This document shows, one piece after another, positions 1 through 13,979 of a stretch of 64,000 bases of DNA. A program made the position numbers and the translations under genes. The notes beneath the pieces are model-generated. The model was not told where the DNA came from. It searched no databases and saw only the letters and a list, made by a program, of their open reading frames with translations. Source of the DNA: Macrostomum lignano. Its lineage: Eukaryota. The DNA is taken from the NCBI GenBank assembly GCA_002269645.1, contig NIVC01000850.1, forward strand, positions 1 to 64,000, given 5' to 3'. Positions within the stretch are counted from its first letter, which is position 1, and every line of letters begins with the position of its first letter.

Positions 1-1
1 T

Positions 2-840
2 GCGAACGTTGCAGATTGATGGTACTTTCAGCTGCTGCCCTGAGATCTTCTACCAGCTGTTCATCATTCACGGCAAGGTCCTCGTGCGTGGAGCCTCTTG
101 TCTTCTTTCTGCTTCCCGCAAAGGATCAGAGAACGTATGAGACATGCTGAGGTTCGTCGAGTAACAGGTCATGACTGCATGGCAACGACCATTCTGACGG
201 ACTTCGAAGCCGGAAGCATGAACGCAGCGACTGGTAGGTGGCCACACTATCCGCAACCTGCTTTGCGAGGCTGCTTTTTCCACTTCTGCCAGTGCATCCT
301 ACGCCGCGTTGCCTCCGCTGGATTGAAGGCAGCGTACGAAGGTGACCCCGAGGTGAGGGCAACCGTTCGGCGTCTGATGGCGGCTGCCGTTGATGCCACT
401 GGCTGGAGTGAAAGATGCCTTCCAGTTCATCCTCGGAGACATGCCTGCCCAAGCCCATCCGAATCATGCTCAAGTGGTCGCATTGATGGACTATGTGACT
501 ACTACTTGGATCGACGGGGCGCACAGTTTCAACCGCACTGTGGAGCCACTACGGTGAAGACGACGACAGGACCATCAACGCCGGCCGAGGGTCGTCATCA
601 CGCCCTCAACCAAGTCGCGGGAACCATCGTCTCAACGTTCATTCTTTTGTGCGCGAGGTTGTGAAGGAGCTCCGGAACTGCCAGACACGCATTCAGCAAC
701 GAGCCGCTGGCAATGTCACCAGTCGGCAAAGCTCTCGCGCGAAGAGGCTGGCAACAACAATTGCAAGACTCCGGGACGAGTTTTAAGCAGGCCAGAGAAC
801 ACTGGAGCAGTTCCTTGACGCTTGTGGCTACCAGCTGCAG
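2..840 (+). pseudogene. Degenerate MULE/Mutator-like DDE transposase (5' truncated by window edge, several frameshifts, one stop)
   Basis: Stitched frames read TLQIDGTFSCCPEIFYQLFIIHG..PLVFFLLP (first catalytic D), TILTDFEAGSMNAA..GCFFHFCQCILRRV..GLKAAYEGDPEVRATVRRLMA (second D, CxFH), WSHY..RTIN..EGRHHALN (E), then ..GQRTLEQFLDA. This is the typical metazoan MULE order. Indels could be decay or long-read error. Confidence 0.85.
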
Positions 841-950
841 CTTTGAACATTTCTCTTGCCGTGACATAATAACCATGCAGCTTTGAACATTTCTCTTGCC
901 GTGACATAATAACCATGCAGCTTTGAACATTTCTCTTGCCGTGACATAAT
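836..950. repeat. 40-bp tandem repeat, about 3 copies, at MULE 3' end
   Basis: TGCAGCTTTGAACATTTCTCTTGCCGTGACATAATAACCA repeated in register. Confidence 0.9.
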
Positions 951-1550
951 GCCTTGGTTTGCTCTGAGGCGTGCCTTTGAGCAGACCAGCTTTAGTACCC
1001 CGGGGGTTGGTTTTGGGCCTTTGTGCGTGCGCGGGTTGGCGTGGGGGGGGGTTGTGCGTTGTGTGTCTCTACCCTCCTTTGTGCAGCGGCCCTCCCCCCT
1101 CCGCCTGCTGAGGGTTTTTAATGCCCCGTTTTCTCTCAGGAGCTCCTGCGTTCTCGCTCTCGCTAAATTTTTTTTATTCTTCTTCTTTTAAAAATAAAAT
1201 GCCGTGTTCGTCACCAAATATACAAGCATTCGAGTCTTGTTGGAGGCTGTTGCTTCGCCTCCGTGTTCTCGCCAACCTCGGTGTTCCTCTGTTTCTCTGG
1301 GTTCCTTCCGGGCCGGGTACTAATAAGATTTTTGCCACAAGAGTTTATTACATATTTTCTATCCTTTTATCTGAACTTTCCGCAGCTGTTGTCACCTACA
1401 GTAATAATAATAATACAAATAATACAATTTTAATACAATCCAAAATACAATATTACAATAATATAACTACAATAATAATTGTCTCCAAGTCTGATCCCCG
1501 GAAGCACTTGTTCAGCTGATGGTGCGCCTGTGTGTGTGCGTGTGTGAGTG

Positions 1551-1771
1551 GACGGTCAATGGGGTAATCGGCAAATCAGGAATTTCGGCGAAGCAGGAAT
1601 CGGCAAATCAGGAATTTCGGCGAAGCAGGAATCGGCAAATCAGGAATTTCGGCGAAGCAGGAATCGGCGAATCGGGAATCGGCGAATCGGGAATCGGCGA
1701 ATCGGGGGTAAACCGTCTAAACAGGTGTGACTACTGTCTAAACAGGTGTAATTACTGTCTAAACAGGTGTA
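1551..1771. repeat. Short compound tandem repeats (32-bp x3, 15-bp x3-4, 21-bp x3)
   Basis: AATCGGCAAATCAGGAATTTCGGCGAAGCAGG; AATCGGCGAATCGGG; GTCTAAACAGGTGTRAYTACT. Confidence 0.8.
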
Positions 1772-2659
1772 TCAAATCAGATTGTGATTAAATTTCAACG
1801 GGTTCAAGCTATTATCTTATATGTGGTTCTTCGTTAACGCAATTTCTTTTAAAAGTACAAGCCAAAGTCCAAGTATGCAATAGTTAAAAAAAAGTGCAGG
1901 CAAACAGCGGGTGATGTATGCTGTACTGAACAGAAAACCAGTTCCACTTGTTTACCGAATCCGTAGAATTCCCAACAAAAAACTAGAAGTAACTATAAAT
2001 GCAGCCGCTTACTGAACAATCAAGTTCTCATGTAAACACATTTGCGTCGATAGAAACTGCAGTCTTACCTTGCTGGAGAGGCCTTACTTGCTAGTTATTA
2101 ATCACGATAATTGTAAAAGATGTTGATGCGACTTAGAAGAGCTCGGCTTTTCCAGTTTTTAATATACTTTCTGTCTGTCTCTGTCTGTCTTTTTGCTTTC
2201 CAGAATGCTCTCTCCCCCACTATCTTGGATCTGCGCATATGCACTAGTAGCTCGTACGTACTGGAAACCACGCGCACTATCGCGAGGAAGACAGGCAAAG
2301 CTGGGAAACGCATCTTGAAATCAATGCCATCTTGCTTTCCCTTGGCTGAAGCGGAGAAGGCGACCCAGGCAAGACGTTTGTCGAGGGACAGGAATTGGAG
2401 GGTCTTGGGGTTTCTCTGGGCAAGGAGGTACACCGGGTTAGCCCTTTGGCTGCCCTTTCTGTCCTCGCTTATAGCGGCAGAAAAAAGAAGATGGTTCATC
2501 CACACGGACAATACTGTTTCTTCTCTTGTCGGTGCAGTCTGGGGTATAAATAAACAAGGAGTGATGCAGATATTTCAGGATGTAGTGAATTCATTAGTTA
2601 AGAGCTCATGATTCAATTAAGGAATGAGTTTTCAAGTGAGATCATGAGTGAGATTAAGA

Positions 2660-4484
2660 GTGAGAGAGGGAGGTAGGGTGTGAGGTAGCTAAGGAGAGAG
2701 ATAATGAAGTGAGGTAGCTGAGAGGGAGATGCAGAAGTGGGGTAGCCAAGGAGGGAGATGGGGGAGTGAGGTAGCCAAGGAGGGAGATGGGGGAGTGAGT
2801 TAGCCAAGGAGGGAGATGTGGGAGTGAGGTAGCCAAGGAGGGAGATGGGGGAGTGAGGTAGCCAAGGAGGGAGATGGGGGAGTGAGGTAGCCAAGGAGGG
2901 AGATGGGGGAGTGAGGTAGCCAAGAAGGGAGATGGGGGAGTGAGGTAGCCAAGAAAGGAGATAGGGGAGTAAGGTAGCCAAGGAGGGAGATGGAGGAGTG
3001 AGGTAGCCAAGGAGGGAGATGGGGGAGTGAGGTAGCCAAGGAGGGAGATGGGGAAGTGAGGTAGCCAAGGAGGGAGATGGGGGAGTGAGGTAGCCAAGGA
3101 GGGAGATGGGGAAGTGAGGTAGCCAAGGAGGGAGATGTGGGAGTGAGGTAGCCAAGGAGGGAGATGTGGGAGTAAGGTAGCCAAGGAGGGAGATGGAGGA
3201 GTGAGGTAGCCAAGGAGGGAGATGGGGGAGTGAGGTAGCCAAGGAGGGAGATGTGGGAGTGAGTTAGCCAAGGAGGGAGATGTGGGAGTGAGGTAGCCAA
3301 GGAGGGAGATGTGGGAGTGAGTTAGCCAAGGAGGGAGATGTGGGAGTGAGGTAGCCAAGGAGGGAGATGGGGGAGTGAGTTAGCCAAGGAGGGAGATGTG
3401 GGAGTGAGGTAGCCAAGGAGGGAGATGTGGGAGTAAGGTAGCCAAGGAGGGAGATGGAGGAGTGAGGTAGCCAAGGAGGGAGATGGGGGAGTGAGGTAGC
3501 CAAGGAGGGAGATGTGGGAGTGAGGTAGCCAAGGAGGGAGATGGGGGAGTGAGGTAGCCAAGGAGGGAGATGGGGGAGTGAGGTAGTCAAGAAGGGAGAT
3601 GGAGGAGTGAGGTAGCTGAGAGGGAGATGGAGAAGTGAGGTAGCCAAGAAGGGAGATGGGGGAGTGAGGTAGCCAAGAAGGGAGATGGGGAGTGAGGTAG
3701 CCAAGAAGGGAGATGGGGGAGTGAGGTAGCCAAGAAGGGAGATGGGGGAGTGAGGTAGCCAAGGAGGGAGATGGGGGAGTGAGGTAGCCAAGAAGGGAGA
3801 TAGGGGAGTGAGGTAGCCAAGAAGGGAGATGGGGGAGTGAGGTAGCCAAGAAGGGAGATGGGGGAGTGAGGTAGCCAAGAAGGGAGATGGGGGAGTGAGG
3901 TAGCCAAGAAGGGAGATGGGGGAGTGAGGTAGCCAAGAAGGGAGATGGGGGAGTGAGGTAGCCAAGAAGGGAGATGGGGGAGTGAGGTAGCCAAGAAGGG
4001 AGATGGGGGAGTGAGGTAGCCAAGAAGGGAGATGGGGGAGTGAGGTAGCCAAGAAGGGAGATGGGGGAGTGAGGTAGCCAAGAAGGGAGATGGGGGAGTG
4101 AGGTAGCCAAGAAGGGAGATGGGGGAGTGAGGTAGCCAAGAAGGGAGATGGGGGAGTGAGGTAGCCAAGAAGGGAGATGGGGGAGTGAGGTAGCCAAGAA
4201 GGGAGATGGGGGAGTGAGGTAGCCAAGAAGGGAGATGGGGAGTGAGGTAGCCAAGAGGGAGATGGGGAGTGAGGTAGCCAAGAAGGGAGATGGGGGAGTG
4301 AGGTAGCCAAGGAGGGAGATGGGGAGTGAGGTAGCCAAGGAGGGAGATGGGGGAGTGAGGTAGCCAAGGAGGGAGATGGGGGAGTGAGGTAGCCAAGGAG
4401 GGAGATGGGGGAGTGAGGTAGCCAAGAAGGGAGATGGGGGAGTGAGGTAGCCAAGAAGGGAGATGGGGGAGTGAGGTAGCCAAG
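2660..4484. repeat. 29-bp G-rich minisatellite, about 60 copies
   Basis: Unit GAGTGAGGTAGCCAAG(G/A)AGGGAGATGGGG; produces the spurious 29-aa-period ORFs. Confidence 0.97.
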
Positions 4485-4805
4485 TAGGCAGATTTTTACT
4501 GTAGTGCAAACTGATTTTTCGACTAAGCGCCTTTCTATCCATCCCAATCAGAAGTGTCAGTGCGTGTAGATCCCCTGAAATGCCGAAAATTTGCATCAAT
4601 ACGCTCCATCTACGCTAATCTCCGAGCTGCCCATCGGATGAACAACCCAATCCAGTTCAGTCACGTGCTTACCAGTTCCCCAGCCGGTCTCTGCGCTGGA
4701 CTTGCCAAGGTGGAGAAAAAAAATCTGGTATGGACCTGGCAGCCCCACAGAGACAGTTCATTTTTCTAGTCATACCAGCGGGGGGTGGGGAGTCCGCACC
4801 CGCCA

Positions 4806-8548
<3,743 letters not shown>

Positions 8549-9591
8549 GCCTGTACATAAGTAAATTAATTAGTACACGCATGGAGATTTTTCAGCGACC
8601 TTCTAATAACCGCACAATTGTAGGACTGAATATACTTGATATTGGCCCATTTCAAGTCGAAAGATTAATAATTGAACACTTTTTAAAAAACTTCTTAATA
8701 AAAATGGATTGGTCTTCATTATACGCTACTTATGCATTTAATTCGAAAGTAGTATAATTTTAGTCTGACGCACAGATACTATAACCCTAGATAGCTAGTT
8801 CACTCTTAAATTGTTTAGATTTTTGCAACTACTCTTTGGTTAGTAGCGTGAACGAACATGGATGCGTCAAACGAGCAGTGCCATGCACACGCTGACGCTC
8901 ACCCAAAGAGTAGACACTTTTTTGAGCCATAGACTATAACACAAAATGGCTTAACTCAATGCAGAGTGAAATATCGTGTTTTATTATCTGTGGTCTGACG
9001 TTACGTGATGCACGCCTCGGCAGTGTGATAGACTTTTGTATACCTTAACACTCCCTGATTGTATTGAGTAAAACCGCTACAGATTATGCTACTATGGTGT
9101 ATGGCTACTGGAGCAATTGCCAGAATGGTCAAGAATTGAATCATCCGTGGCCCCACCCCCCTTCCCAGTTTTAATAGCTAGTTTATAGCTAGCTAGCTGA
9201 CTGAACCTCTGCTGGTGGCGCAAGTTTCAAGTCTAAGAAGTTAGAGAATCCCCCCCCCCCTAGTGCTCATATTCGGCAGTGCGTAGAGTAGCTATGCGAA
9301 ATTCCTATACTAAAGATCTTCGAAGCGAATGCGGGTACGTAGCGAGCCTTCCAGCTGAAAAATGCATAGTTCCTCCACTGCTATGTGCTTGACTACAGTT
9401 GGAATTTCCCATTGCTGTCTATATATCTTCTGCCGACTCAACTCTGCTAGACTCTCTGCAGTCGTTTTATGCTAACAAGCTCTCTTGGACTATATAGCAA
9501 GCAAACATACTATTCTAACTTGTTCCCTATCTCCGAGAGCAAATCAAAACCCAGGTATTTATTGTCGATAGATTAGATATTGAAACAGAAA

Positions 9592-11352
9592 ATGGTGATG
9601 GACATCGGACTGTTTGGCACGCTGCGCAAGTTGAAGATAGCCAGCTCCACCCTGCGCATTGATGACGACTTTATTGACAGGTTGAATCATTACTACACGG
9701 CTATCGTGATTGTTGTGTTCACGTTTATCATATCGGCTAAGCAGTATGTTGGTGAGTTCAGGTCGCTATTAATTACTTGAACTTAACTGAAGTTAACAGA
9801 CATCTTGGATGCTCTGTTTAGATGGGAAATTTCTCACCAACTGTAAAGATGTCTAAATAGAACCATTTCTTTTATAATTATAGGGTAGGAGAATGCTCAA
9901 ACCATTTCTAACGGCGAACTCTCAGCTCCCCTGCACTCTCCCCTCACTCCTCTCTCCATCTCTCCTTCCCATCCTCTCTACCACTTGTAAGTTCCCTCTC
10001 TCCCTTCTCTGGACAAGAAAAAAAGGTGACCTGTCTTTCTGCTACAGCTAATAGTTCCTAAAATAGGTACTAAAAGAAGTACCCTCTGTGGATACAGCGA
10101 CAAAAAGTTACGCCCGTCGAAAGACTCTTTGAAACAGAAACTGTCCTCTCCAAGCAGACAATCGTGCTCAGAGTTTCAGAAGTTCCATATTTACAGGCAT
10201 TATTTTTATAGATGTCCCTGACTGTAGGCCCTCTAAAATCTCAAACCCGCAGGTCAGCCACTGCAGTGCTGGGTGCCAGCTCAATTCACCACTGCAATGG
10301 AGCAGTACGCTGAGAACTACTGCTGGATTCAGAACACCTACTACCTGCCTTTGCGTCACACAATACCTAAAGAGCACAGTCATCGTAACGACAGAAAAAT
10401 TGGCTACTACCAATGGGTGCCATTCATGCTAGTCTGTCAGGCCCTGCTATTCTACCTGCCTAACATTGTGTGGCGCCTGCTCAACTGGGAGAGCGGCATC
10501 AACTTCCGCGCAATCAATCGAATGACAAGCGACGCGCAGAACGTGAACCCGGACAGTCGGGGCAAAACCATTCGCGCCATCGCCAGGCACATCGAGGACG
10601 CGCTGCGTTATCAGAAACGCGAGCGTCGGGACTGTCTTGGCCAGCTCAGACAGGCAGCCAATAAGTTTCTGCTCTGCTCCAGGCGTCACGGCGTCTTCCT
10701 TAGCCTGATGTACTTTCTCGTCAAGCTGCTCTACATCTGCAATTGTGTTTGTCAGTTCTTTTTGCTCAACGCCTTCCTAGGTAGTCCGTATCAGTTTTTC
10801 GGTTGGGAACTGTTAATTAACATGATATCGGGCGTCACCTGGGAGGAGTCGGGCCAATTCCCGAGGGTGACAATGTGCGACTTTGAAATCCGCGTTTTGG
10901 GCAACCTGCACCGGCACACGGTTCAGTGCGTCCTAGTGATCAACCTGTTCAACGAAAAGATCTTCGTGTTCCTTTGGTTCTGGCTGTTTCTAGTTGCCGT
11001 AGCTACGGTGATGTCGTTCTTCACCTGGCTGTACAAGCACGCCCTGCCACCGATGAGGCACCAGTTCGTCCTGAGCAGCCTCCGTATGGCCGATTCAAAC
11101 GTTAGACGCGACTCACGCGACGTCGCTGTCAGGCACCAGCTAGAGAACTTTGTGAGCCAAAATCTGCGTTGCGATGGGGTGTTCGTGCTGCGCATGCTCG
11201 CCATCAATGCTGGAGAAATAATTTCGGCCGAAGTTGCTAGGGAGATGTGGCTGTCCTACAGAGGAGACTGCAAACGGCCTTTGCAAACAGGCAACGCTAA
11301 CGGCCCGGATCAGCACATGATGGGAGCTGGAGACGATCAAAGTGTGGTGTGA
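9592..11352 (+). CDS. inx: Innexin (gap-junction protein), 419 aa, 2 coding exons
   Basis: Exons 9592-9751 and 10253-11352 (phase-1 GT-AG intron). Motifs DDDFIDRLNHYYT, KQYVG|QPLQCWVP, ENYCW, YYQWVP, FPRVTMCD, QCVLVINLFNEKIF; four TMs; two Cys per extracellular loop. Confidence 0.97.
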
Positions 11353-11775
11353 CATCCATCTAGCTGGGGCCCATTTCATAAAGCATTTGTCGGACAAATT
11401 ACAAGTAACAATTTTGACAATTCTGCAAAATGATGCGTTTCATAAAAAAACAGCTGCAACTTGACAACTTTCGTCGATAGACATGCACTAAGATGGATGC
11501 CTCTGTATTAAAATACTTCGTCTTGTCTTGAGTGTTTGTCTGTTTGAGAAGACGCTGTGGCACTTGTACGAGTAGCCTTCTTGAATGAGAGGATTAAAGC
11601 CGGAGAATAACGCAGAGGTCATCACGTCTGTCTCAGACACGGATCCTATAAAATTGTGGTTTGCGGTCTAAAGGCTTGATAAATTTCATGTGGTGTTTTA
11701 AACAGACATAAAATTAGTTATTTTTAACCTGAGTAAGGCCCCATGTTTATGAAACTAAAATATTTGACGCTTGAA

Positions 11776-12136
11776 ACTTGTCACTTGTCACTTGCCATTT
11801 GTCGATTTGTCACTTGTCGACTTGTCACTTGTCGGCTTTTCACTTGTCGACTTCTCACTTGTCGACTTGTCACTTTGTCGACTTGTCACTTGTCCACTTG
11901 TCGACTTGTTACTTGTCCACTTGTCACTTGTCGACTTGTCGACTTGTCACTTGTCACTTGTCGACTTGTCACTTGTCACTTGTCGACTTGTCACTTGTCA
12001 CTTATCGACTTGTCACTTGTCACTTGTCGACTTGTCACTTGTCACTTGTCGACTTGTCGACTTGTCACTTGTCGACTTGTCACTTTATCGACTTGTCACT
12101 TTGTCGACTTGTCACTTGTCCACTTGTCACTTGTCA
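11776..12136. repeat. 7/8-bp tandem repeat (CTTGTCA / CTTGTCGA)
   Basis: Direct reading. Confidence 0.95.
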
Positions 12137-13137
12137 CCTGCAGCTTTTTTATGAAATCGGCTCCCGACACATAAATCTCTTGCAGTTGAGTCTGATCTGA
12201 AGGATTTTTATCAGGTTTTTTAACTCCCAAAAAAGCTATCAGTCATATTATATTTAAAGCTGGATTTTCGCTTGACCCAAGCTATTCTCTGAATCGAAAA
12301 TGAATTTTTATTAAATTTATTCACTTTCCAATAGTCAGTCTAGCGCTAGCGACTTCAAATGCTTAAAAGAACTGTTCATAGTAATATCAATATGGGTTGC
12401 CAATCGAAAAAGTGAAAATTCGGGAAAGGGCCGGCCCTTTTTACCCACGAATCCGAATGTACATAAGTTTATAAAGTGTTTTTCATTTAAGCAACTTGAT
12501 CAAAACCATATGAAATTTCACCTGCAGTCCTTTCACCTGAGTGCTAGTGCATTTTCGGTCACTAAATATCAAAGCATCACATCGACTGCCATTGTGATTG
12601 CTGCATGCATCTATCAATATTCATTACATTTTGTACGAATTATTGTTCCAATGTGTGACGCCAGAATTTAACTAACCCCATTTTTTGTTGTTGAATAATT
12701 GTAATTTTAGTTCCTCTTCGCGTCAATGAAAATCAGTAGAGAGAAAAAAAACTGTTCTGCTTTAAAAACATTCACCAGAAAATTGCTTCAGCCGTTACGT
12801 ATTGTGATTTAATTGTTGATATTGTCATTATATGCATGCAACCTGGTATGAAACACGGGTGATATCTAGTTTATAGTATTTCATTGAATTTTTCAAAACC
12901 AACAGAATTAGGTAAAAAAACAGTAAGGATTAATACGAGTATGGGATAAATATGATAAATATGAGAAAGCGTAAATATGAAAAGTTTCTAGCGTATGATG
13001 AGACCTCGACTTTCTTGTCAGAAATGAGCTGGAGGCTGTACACATATTCTTGATGATTCTCACTAAGTAACCTCCGCTGCCAAAGACAATAAAATTAACG
13101 CATTGAGCCAAAGTGCGGTCGGTTGAACACATTCCAC

Positions 13138-13425
13138 TACCATAGACAAAACGTGTCCCGCGAATACAGGGAGCGGAGAGTACTCATAATCTCCGCGAAT
13201 CTAGTCAATATTCTCCGCTCCTTGCATTCGTGGGATAGATTTCATTAAACCACTTTAAAGCTCACTTTCAGGGAGGTTATTGACATAGATTTTATTTTGC
13301 GGGATTCAATCGATCACTTTCCCGGACATATTGCAAGGATTATTGTATGTATCTAAATAAGCGAGCTTCTCTCTTCTCTTCCTTCGTGACTCGAGAAAAT
13401 TCTTAATGAAAATTTGTCTATGGTA
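13138..13425. mobile_element. Candidate MITE with terminal inverted repeats and TA flanks
   Basis: TACCATAGACAAA (13138-13150) is the exact reverse complement of TTTGTCTATGGTA (13413-13425); contains an internal 24-bp stem. Confidence 0.5.
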
Positions 13426-13979
13426 AGAATGTGGGGGCTTCGCCCGCACACCCCCAGCAGGGGCTTCGCCCCCACACCCCCATCCCCAACTTCAACCATA
13501 GACATACAAGTATGGCTCCGGGATTTATCTGAATACATCCCGCAAAATTAAAGTAGTTTAAATAATTCGGCTCTCGGGATTTAATCACATACCGACCTCA
13601 AACCCATAGAATATCTTATACATATAGCTAGTGCATTTAAATAGAGAAAGCATATCGCTGCATTTGAGGTTACACCATAGACAAATTCAGTTGAGAAACA
13701 TCTGTATTAGTGGATGCACTATACGAATAGCTAGCGATACGGCAAATATACGGTCCTTATCCCGACCTCCAGCTCATTTCTAAGAAAATCTAAAGTGTTA
13801 CTATATTAGCTTTAAGAGTATTGATAGCCGGCATTCAGCGAACTTTGCTCGATCGGTTATAACTAGTTCGCTTCAGGGGCCTTAGTACTCGTAAGTTTCT
13901 GAAATTGTTCAGCAATTGTGCGAGTCTTTCGACAATAAATTTTATCCCACAAGCGCTTGTCAATACCGATTTTATTTAC

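Noticed and set aside
2098-2611. Overlapping 137/163-aa ORFs on both strands
   Set aside because: No recognisable domain and no convincing phase-compatible neighbouring exon
2613-4599. Several 160-430 aa ORFs (LATSLPHLPPWLPHS repeats)
   Set aside because: Translations of a stop-free 29-bp minisatellite in multiple frames; no unique sequence
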